DNA of 64,000 nt from Planctomycetota bacterium (GTDB taxonomy: Bacteria > Planctomycetota > UBA8108 > SXIK01): contig CBDCXR010000004.1 of NCBI GenBank assembly GCA_965223845.1, forward strand, positions 4,512,001 through 4,576,000. The letters run 5' to 3'. Below are positions 27,032-36,200 of the stretch, piece by piece. The stretch's first letter is position 1. Every line of letters begins with the position of its first letter. The translations under genes were made by a program, and so were the position numbers. The notes under the pieces were generated by a model that searched no databases, was not told where the DNA came from, and saw nothing but the letters and a program-made list of their open reading frames with translations.

Positions 27032-27175
27032 GCCGACGCGCCGGCGCGGTGAAATCGATTGTGTTCTCGAGCCGAGTAGATTCAATGGAGAGCGACGACG
27101 ACATCGCAGCGATGCTCGATAGCACGAACGTCTGGAGCTGTTTCGGGCGCGCTGCACGCGGTTTCCGATCGGCTG

Positions 27176-28249
27176 ATGATGTGTGCGTGTTCAGGTTTTC
27201 GCGAGTTCCTTCGCAGCCCCGAGGTTCGAACTGCCGCGACGCTCTTCGTCGCAGCAGCGCTGCTCGCTTGCGACGCAGAACGGACGGAATCGGGTTCCCC
27301 CGCGCCGAGCACGGCTGAGTCCCCCGCCCGATCGCAATCCTCGCCGCCCGAATTGCCGGCGCCCGAGCTCGTGAAGCTCGGACGATTCGCCGAGGCCGAG
27401 ACGGCGCTCCGCGGTGCGATCGAGCGAGCGAGCGGATCCGATCCGAGGACGAATCCGGCGTCTCGCGCGCGCCTTCGTCACCTCCTCGCCCTCTCTCTCA
27501 GCGGTCAAGGACGACCCGCAGAAGCGCTCGTCGAAATCGAGCTCGCCGCTCGGCTCGCCGGTGACAATCCAGAGGTACAGCGCGCATTCGGCAGCATTCT
27601 AGCGAGCTGCGGCCGAACCGATGACGCGGTGCCGCGGTTCCGCAAGGCGATCGAGCTCGCCGAAGCGTTTCGCGCCAAGACGGGACTCGACGTCCCCGAC
27701 CTCCATCGCTGGCGGTATGCGCTCGCTCAGGCTCTACGCCGATCGGGAAACGACGAGGAAGCCGCGCGAGAGATCGACATCTACGAACGCTCTCAGACGC
27801 GCGAGATCGAGCTTCGCAGTCTCGCGCGACGGGCGCGCGAACGGGGAACGGCCGCCGCGCACTGCGATCACGGGAAAGCACTCCGCGCGGCCGGTGAGCT
27901 CCAGCGTTCCGCCGAGGCGTTTCGCGCTGCGATTTCGGTGGACGAGACTTCTGCGAACGCTCAGCTCGGCCTCGCTGCCGTGCTCACCGACGACGCCGCG
28001 TCGCGAACGCCCTCGCCGTTTCGCACGGAGCTCCTCAAGCTGGCGAAGAGTCACGCGAAGCTGGGTCTCGCCGTCGAAGAATCGCCGGGCGCGCTCCTCG
28101 CCGTTGCGCGCGTCGAGTGGCTCCGCGGAGAGGTCGATTCCGCCGAGGCACTGTTCGCCCGGGCTCTCGCGCTCGCGGGCGACGAACCCGGCACCGCCGA
28201 AGCGATCGTGGAGATTCGCACTCTCCCTCTCGGTGAGGCCGCGAGATGA
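27176..28249 (+). CDS. Tetratricopeptide-repeat protein (possible lipoprotein)
   Basis: TPR helices (GRFAEAE, GRPAEAL, GRTDDAV); AALLAC lipobox-like segment; start uncertain; overlaps the downstream gene by ATGA. Confidence 0.7.
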   Translation: MMCACSGFREFLRSPEVRTAATLFVAAALLACDAERTESGSPAPSTAESPARSQSSPPELPAPELVKLGRFAEAETALRGAIERASGSDPRTNPASRARLRHLLALSLSGQGRPAEALVEIELAARLAGDNPEVQRAFGSILASCGRTDDAVPRFRKAIELAEAFRAKTGLDVPDLHRWRYALAQALRRSGNDEEAAREIDIYERSQTREIELRSLARRARERGTAAAHCDHGKALRAAGELQRSAEAFRAAISVDETSANAQLGLAAVLTDDAASRTPSPFRTELLKLAKSHAKLGLAVEESPGALLAVARVEWLRGEVDSAEALFARALALAGDEPGTAEAIVEIRTLPLGEAAR

Positions 28250-30051
28250 CGCGTCGCCTCTGCGCCGCACTTGTCATCGCGATCGGGGCGATCGGTCCGG
28301 CGTGTACGCCACGCCCGGATCCATCGGTCGAGCACGACCGCGCGGAGCCGCACTTCGTCGACGTCGCGAGCGCGCGCGGACTCGACTTTCGGCATCGCCG
28401 TGGGGCGCGCGGGGACCGACGGCTCCACGAAACGATGGGCGGCGGAGTCGCGTTCATCGATATCGATCGAGACGGAGATCTCGACGTCTTCGCTCCCCAA
28501 GGACAGGCGGCGCGCGAAGACGGGTCATTTCCCGAGACCGGTGTTCACCGACTCTTCCGGAGCGAAGGCGGAGCGCGCTTTACCGATGTGACCGACGCCG
28601 CGGGGCTCGGCGACCTCGGCGGCTACGGTCTCGGAGCAGCGGTGGGAGACGTCGACAACGATGGCGACTCCGACCTCTACCTCATCCGCTACGGAGACAA
28701 CGCACTCCTTCTCAATGAAGGGGGCGGCCGCTTCGTCGAGAAGCGCGATGCGGGAGTTGAAGGCGCGGCGCCATTCAGCGCGAGTGCGGCGTTCGGCGAT
28801 CTCGACGGGGATGGCTGGCTGGATCTTTTCCTCGCGGGTTACGTGAGCAAAGTCGAGGACGAGTCGCCGTGTTTTCAAACTTCGTCGACGACCGGAGAGA
28901 AGGTACGAATCTACTGCGGGCCGCATCACTTTCGCGGTGCCGTCGATCAAATCTTCCTGGGCAACGGAGACGGAACCTTTCGAGACGCCACCGCGGGCGC
29001 CGGGCTGCGTGATCCCGGGTGGGCGGTCTCGAAGAGCCTCGGCGTCGTAATCGCCGACCTCGATGACGATCGTGATCTCGACGTCTTCGTCGCCTGCGAC
29101 ACGACGGCAAACCTACTCTATAGGAACCGCGGCGACGCGACGTTCGAGGAGGACGCCCTCTGGGTCGGCGTCGCCGCGAGCGACGCGGGAGGATACGAAG
29201 GCGGCATGGGCATCGCGGCCGGAGACTTCGACGATGACGGCCGTCTCGATCTCTTCGTGACAAATTACGAGGATGAATCGAATCGTCTCTACTCGCGCGC
29301 GGACTCGCGGCACTTCGTCGACGCCACAGATCGATTCGGCGTCGGCGCCAAAAGCCATCCGAACGTCGGTTGGGGCACGGCGCTCGAAGACTTCGATCTC
29401 GACGGCGACTTGGATCTCTTCGTCGCGAACGGGCATATCTTCGACAATCTCGAAGCGTGGAGCGACAAGGGCGCGTACCGGCAGCGAAACGCATTCTTTC
29501 GCTTTCAGCGTGAAGAGATCGCTCCGGGCGGTGCAGCAAACACCGCGGAGCGATCCGGACGGTTCGTAGACGCGAGCCGAGCCATCGGACCGCCGTGCCG
29601 CGGCGAGCGCTCGCACCGAGGGGTGGCCGCCGGAGACTTCGACTCCGACGGCCGCGTCGACCTTCTGGTGTCCGCTCTAGACGAACCGCTCCTACTCTTT
29701 CGGAATCGAACGGCGAGACACGGCCGCGGATTCCTCGTCGTCGAGCTCGTAGGCGACGGACCGGGCGGGCGCGACGCGATCGGGGCGCGCGTCGACATCG
29801 AGTCGGCCGGCACCCGACAGTCGCGTTGGCGGATCGGCGGGGGAAGTTACCTTTCAGCACCCGACCATCGCCTTCACTTCGGCCTCCCTTCTTCGAAGCC
29901 GATCGACACGCTCGTCGTCACCTGGCCCGACGGCGGAGTCGAACGCCTCCCTCCTCCACCTGTCGATACCTTCGTTCGAATCGAACGCGGCCGCGGGAGC
30001 GCGGAGATCGTTGACCGACGATCTCCCGACGCAGCCGACGGCGACGACTGA
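28246..30051 (+). CDS. CRTAC1 / ASPIC-UnbV protein with FG-GAP (VCBS) repeats
   Basis: ETMGGGVAFIDIDRDGDLD, repeated DxDxDGxxDL, GGSYLS...RLHFGL, VTWPDG. Confidence 0.92.
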   Translation: MTRRLCAALVIAIGAIGPACTPRPDPSVEHDRAEPHFVDVASARGLDFRHRRGARGDRRLHETMGGGVAFIDIDRDGDLDVFAPQGQAAREDGSFPETGVHRLFRSEGGARFTDVTDAAGLGDLGGYGLGAAVGDVDNDGDSDLYLIRYGDNALLLNEGGGRFVEKRDAGVEGAAPFSASAAFGDLDGDGWLDLFLAGYVSKVEDESPCFQTSSTTGEKVRIYCGPHHFRGAVDQIFLGNGDGTFRDATAGAGLRDPGWAVSKSLGVVIADLDDDRDLDVFVACDTTANLLYRNRGDATFEEDALWVGVAASDAGGYEGGMGIAAGDFDDDGRLDLFVTNYEDESNRLYSRADSRHFVDATDRFGVGAKSHPNVGWGTALEDFDLDGDLDLFVANGHIFDNLEAWSDKGAYRQRNAFFRFQREEIAPGGAANTAERSGRFVDASRAIGPPCRGERSHRGVAAGDFDSDGRVDLLVSALDEPLLLFRNRTARHGRGFLVVELVGDGPGGRDAIGARVDIESAGTRQSRWRIGGGSYLSAPDHRLHFGLPSSKPIDTLVVTWPDGGVERLPPPPVDTFVRIERGRGSAEIVDRRSPDAADGDD

Positions 30052-30218
30052 TCGGCGACTCGGAAGCGACCATCCGATCGGATACCATGGAAGGGTCTGG
30101 GTCCATCGGTTCGGCGCGCTCCCCCCTCGGTCACATCTCTCCCTGCCGCCGGACGACCGGTGTCGCGACCGACACCAGCGGGCCGCTCAGCGTGGGATCA
30201 GCAAACGAGGAAAACACT

Positions 30219-33200
30219 ATGTCCGGGCCCGATCGACGCGGCGTCCGTTCTTGGCGCGTTCTAGTCGTATCCGTCGCTCTCCAAGCGGCCGCCGGTGCGA
30301 CACTCGAAGCGCAGCCCTATGGCCTCGATACTCGACCGGCGGCGCAGCCGTACCTCGGCATGCCTGCGTCTCTCCCGACGCCGAGCGGCGATTTCGTCAC
30401 CGAGCTCGCATTCCCGAACCTGACGTTTCAAAACCCCGTCTTTCTCACGCACGCGCCGTCGTCGAACATCATGTACGTCTGCGAGCGAGAGGGACGTATC
30501 TATTCGTTCCCGAACGATCCCGGGACGTCGTCGAAGACGCTCGTTCTCGACGTCAGTGCGCAGACGCAGGGCTGGGACGACTGCGGCCTTCTCGGCATGG
30601 CCTTTCACCCGGAGTTCGGCGTTTCGGGTTCCCCGAACCGCGGCTACTTCTACGTTCTCTATCAATACAGCGACAATCCCGTCCCCGGACCCAATCGTCC
30701 GCCGGCGACGACACCCGCGTACAACCGACTCTCGCGGTTCACGATTCCGGACGGAATGTTCGTCGCGGATCCGGCATCCGAGCTCGTTCTGATCCATCAG
30801 CACGACCGCCACGTGTGGCACAACGGCGGCGCGATGTTCTTCCACCCCGTCGACGGATTCCTCTACTTCACGATCGGTGACGAAGGTGGCGCGAACGACA
30901 CCTACGATTCGTCGCAGAAGATCGATGACAAGCTTTTCGGTGGCGTCTTCCGGATCGACGTCGACATGCAGGGCGGCTCGGTCAGCCATCCGATCCGCCG
31001 GCAACCGCAAAGCTACTCGGGCAGGCCCGCGTACACGCAGAACTACTACATTCCGAACGACAACCCATGGCAGGACACGGGAGGCGGAGTTCTCGAAGAA
31101 TTCTGGGCGCTCGGCGTGCGAAGCCCGCACCGAATGACGCACGACGCGATCGACGATCTCATCTTCCTCGGCGACGTCGGCCAGGGAAGCTGGGAAGAAG
31201 TGAGCGTGATCGAGAAAGCCGGGAACTACCAATGGCCGTACAAGGAAGGATTCCACGACGGCGCGCGGTCTCCACCGGCGACCCTCATCGGGACGGAGAA
31301 ACCCCCGATTTACGATTATCCGCACGGGAGCACGTTTCCCTTCAACGGCAATTGCGTCGTCGGCGGCTATATCTACCGCGGGACGGAGCACCCGGATCTC
31401 TACGGACAGTACATCTTCGGCGACAACACGAGAGGTCGGATCTGGGCGATGGATCTCTCTACGAACCCGCCGACCGTCACCTACCTTTGCAATATGCCCG
31501 CGGGGAGCAATTACAACGGGCTCTCGAGCTTCGGTGTCGGCCCCGACAACGAGCTCTATCTCTGCAAGATGGGGCACACCGGCCCCGGCTATATCTACAA
31601 GCTCGGACGCACGGGGACGACCGGTCCACCGGTCCCACCGCTCCTCTCGCAGACGGGAGCCTTCTCGGACGTCGTCAATCTGACGGCATCTTCCGAGCTG
31701 ATCCCCTTCGACGTCGGTTCACCGCTTTGGTCGGACAGTGCGATCAAGACGCGCTGGATCTCGGTTCCAAACACGGGCGCAATCCCCGCGACCGACGAGC
31801 AGATCGCGTTCGGCGCGACGGGTGAATGGAGCTTTCCGACGGGAACCGTGTTTGTAAAGCACTTCGAGCTCGTCGTCGATGAGGTCACTCTCGCGCGGCG
31901 TCGACTCGAAACGCGTCTCGTCGTTCAAAAAAATGACGGCGGCGTCTACGGTGTCACGTACAAGTGGCGTCCGGACGAGAGCGATGCGGATCTGATCCTC
32001 AATGGACTCGAAGAGGACATCACGATCGCGACCGCTTCCGGATCGCGCGTTCAGACTTGGTCTTACCCGAGCTCGTCTCAGTGCCTCACCTGTCACAACA
32101 CGAGCGCGGAACACGTCCTAGGCATCAAGACGCGCCAGCTCAATCGCGATTTCGCGTATCCCCTCTCCGGAGTCACCGACAATCAACTTCGCGCGTGGAA
32201 CCACATCGGTCTCTTCGATCCACCGGTGAACGAGCTCGACATCCCCACGTTCGCGAGTCTAGTGACGGCAACCGACACGAGCGCGACGCTCGAGCACCGC
32301 GTCCGCTCCTACATCGACGCGAATTGCGGCCACTGCCATCGTCCCGGACACGTTCAGGCGTTCTTCGATGCGCGCTTCGACACTCCGCTCGCGCAACAAG
32401 GCCTCATCGACGGCGTGGTCGGGAACGACCTCGGCATCGACAACGCCGCGGTGATCCGCGCGAAGGATCGACACCGGTCGCTTCTTTATGTCCGCGACAA
32501 CAGCCTCGATCCGTTCGTGAAGATGCCTCCGCTCGCGAAGAACACCATCGATGAGGACTGGATCGCCACGCTCGACGCGTGGATCGACAGCCTCCCCGGA
32601 ACGCCAGCGCTCGATCCGCCGGTAGTGTCGCCCGCCGGAGGCAACTTCGACGAAATGGTCGACGTTACGATCACGGCCGCCGTGGGCTCCGACATCTATT
32701 ACACGCTCAACGGAAGCGCTCCCGACACGAGTTCGACTCTTTACACGGGCACCTTCACGCTGACCTCGAGCGCGACCGTGCGCGCGCGCGCCTACCAGTC
32801 CGGCTTCGTGGAAAGCGTGGTCGCGTCGGCCGACTTCGTGGTGACGAATTTCCGCGCGCCGGAAAATCCGACGGGAGTCGCCGCGGGCGTCAACTATGAA
32901 CAGTACCTCGGAACCTGGGACTTCCTCCCCGACTTCGACGCGATGACCGCGGATGAAGTCGGCATTCGCCCCAACTTCGACATCTCACCCCGTATTCAGA
33001 ACGACAACTTCGGCTTCCGCTTCACCGGCTTCATCGACATTCCGCAGACCGGGATCTACACCTTCTACACGAATTCCGATGACGGCAGTCAGCTCTTCAT
33101 CGGAAGCCAGCTGGTCGTCGACAACGACGGTCTCCACGCACCCGCGGAGACGTCGGGACAGATCGCGCTCGCGGCGGGACTTCATGCGATCACGGTCACC

Positions 33201-36200
33201 TTCTTCGAGAAGGGTGGCGGCGAGGTCCTCGAAGTTCGCTACGAGGGTCCGGGGCTCGCAAAGAGTCTCGTTCCCGACAGCGCGCTCTACCACGAGAAGA
33301 TCCCGGCGACGGTGAACCTCTCCGACCTCACCGTTGTTTACGACGGCAATCCCGTCAGCATGACGGCGACGACGAATCCGCCGGGACTCACGGTCGACAT
33401 CACGTACGACGGGTCGCCGTTAGCGCCGACGGATGCGGGAGTCTATTCCGTCGTCGGAACGATTAACGATCCGGACTACCAAGGGAGCGCGACGGCCACA
33501 CTCACGATCGATCCTGCGCTCGCGACGATCGTGCTCGCAGGTTTGAATCCGACGTACGATGGAACCCCGAAACCCATCTCCGCGACCACGACACCGCCGG
33601 GGCTCGTCGTTTCCATCACGTACGACGGCGGCGCAGTCGCTCCCACCGACGCCGGCGGCTACGCGGTGGTCGCCGATGTGATCGACGCCAACTACACCGG
33701 AACGACGGCGGACACCCTCGTCATCGATCCCGCCTCGGCAACGATTGCGCTGTCAGGACTCAACCAGACCTACGACGGCTCCCCCCGAACGGTCACCGCG
33801 ACCACCACGCCCGCCGGACTCGCCGTCGACATCACCTACGACGGCTCCACCTCCGCGCCCACGGACGCCGGGAGCTACGGCGTGTCGGCGGTCGTCACAG
33901 ACTCGAACTACACGGGAACGGCGAACGACACGCTCGTCGTCGATCCCGCCTCGGCAACGATCGCGCTGTCGGGTCTCGCTCAGACGTACGACGGGACGCC
34001 GCGTGTCGTCACCGCGACGACCACTCCCGCCGGGCTCGCGGTCTCGTTGACGTACGACGGCTCCGCGTCCGCCCCCACGAACTCCGGAAGCTACGCCGTC
34101 ACAGCCACGATCACCGACGCCAACCACACCGGTTCGGCGAACGGGACGCTCACCGTCGCGCCGGCCGCCGCGACGATCTCCCTCTCCGGTCTCAGCCAGA
34201 CCTACGACGGTACGCCGAAGAGCGCGATCGCTACGACCACTCCGCCGGGACTCGCAGTGTCGATGACCTACGACGGATCCTCCACCCCGCCGGTGGGCGC
34301 AGGCAGCTACAGCGTCGATGCGACGATCACCGATCTCAATTACACGGGCTCCTCGTCCGGCACCCTCGTCATCGGTCCCGCTGCCGCGACCGTCTCGCTG
34401 AGCGGTCTCGCGCAGACCTACGACGGTTCGCCGCGCGTCGTCTCCGCGACCACCGTTCCCGCCGGGCTCACCGTCGACATCACCTACGACGGCTCCGCCG
34501 CGGCTCCGACCGACGCCGGTAACTACGCGATCGACGCCGTGGTGAACGACGCAAACTACGCGGGATCGGCTTCCGGCACGCTCGTCGTCTCTCAGGGAAC
34601 GGCGACCGTCTCTCTCGCCGATCTCGCGCAGACCTACGACGGCTCGCCGCGCGTCGTCTCCGCGACCACCGTTCCCGCCGGGCTCACCGTCGACATCACC
34701 TACGACGGCTCGACCACCGCGCCGGTCGACGCGGGGAGCTACAGCGTCGCTGCGACCGTGAACGATCCGAACTACAGCGGTTCGAATTCTGGCACGCTCG
34801 TCGTCAGCCAGGCCGCCGCGACGGTCACTCTCGGAGGACTCGCGCAGACCTTTGACGGGACTCCTCGCATTGTCCCCGCGACCACCACGCCCGCAGGGCT
34901 CGCGGTCGACGTTACCTACAACGGCTCCGCCACCGCACCGACCGACGCCGGTAGTTACAGCGTGGCCGCAACCGTAAACGACTCGAACTACACCGGATCC
35001 GCTTCCGACACTCTGGTCGTCAGCCAGGCCGCCGCGACGGTCACGCTTTCCGGTCTCAGTCAGACCTACGACGGAGGCCCGCGCGTCGTTACCGCGACCA
35101 CGACACCCGCGGGGCTCACGGTCGACATCACCTACAACGGATCGAGCACCGCTCCCACCGATGCCGGCAGCTACAGCGTCTCGGCAACGGTGAACGACAC
35201 GAACTACACCGGATCGAACGCTGGTACGCTCGTCGTCAGCCAGGCCAGCGCGACGGTTGCTCTCAGCGGGCTCGCTCAGACCTACGACGGAAGCCCGCGC
35301 GTCGTTACCGCGACCACGACACCCACGGGGCTCACGGTCGACATCACCTACAACGGCTCTGCCACCGCTCCGACCGACGCCGGTAGCTACAGCGTCTCGG
35401 CAACGGTGAACGACACGAACTACACCGGGTCGAACGCCGGCACGCTCGTCGTCAGTCAGGCCGCGGCGACCATATCTCTCGGCGGACTTGCGCAGACCTA
35501 CGACGGGGGCCCGCGCGTCGTCTCCGCGACAACGACACCCGCAGGACTTTCAGTCGACATCACCTACGACGGGTCGAGCACCGCTCCCACCGACGCCGGC
35601 AGCTACGCCGTCTCGGCAACGGTCAACGACACCAACTACACCGGATCGGCCGCCGATACCCTCGTCGTCGCAAAGGCCGCCGCCACCGTCACCCTCTCGG
35701 GACTCACCCAGGCCTACGACGGTTCTCCCCGCATCGTCACTGCGACGACGGCGCCCGCCGGGCTCGCCGTCGACATCACCTACGACGGCTCCGCGACGCC
35801 TCCGACCGAGGTCGGCAGCTACGCCGTGAGCGCCGTCGTGAACGAGATCAACTACACCGGCTCGGCGAACGGTACGCTCGAGGTCGGAAACGGCGTCGCG
35901 ACGGTCACTCTCGGAGGGCTCGCGCAGACCTTTGACGGGACTCCCCGCATCGTCTCCGCCACCACCACGCCCGCCGGGCTCGCCGTCGACATCACCTACG
36001 ACGGTTCGGCCGTCGCTCCCACGAACGCCGGAAGCTACGCCGTCCTAGCGACGGTCAACGACCCGAACTACGTCGGCTCCGCTTCGGACACGCTCGTCGT
36101 CACTCAGGCCGGCGCGACGGTCACACTTTCCGGTCTCAGTCAGACCTACGACGGAAGCCCGCGCGTCGTCTCCGCTACAACGACACCCGCGGGGCTCACA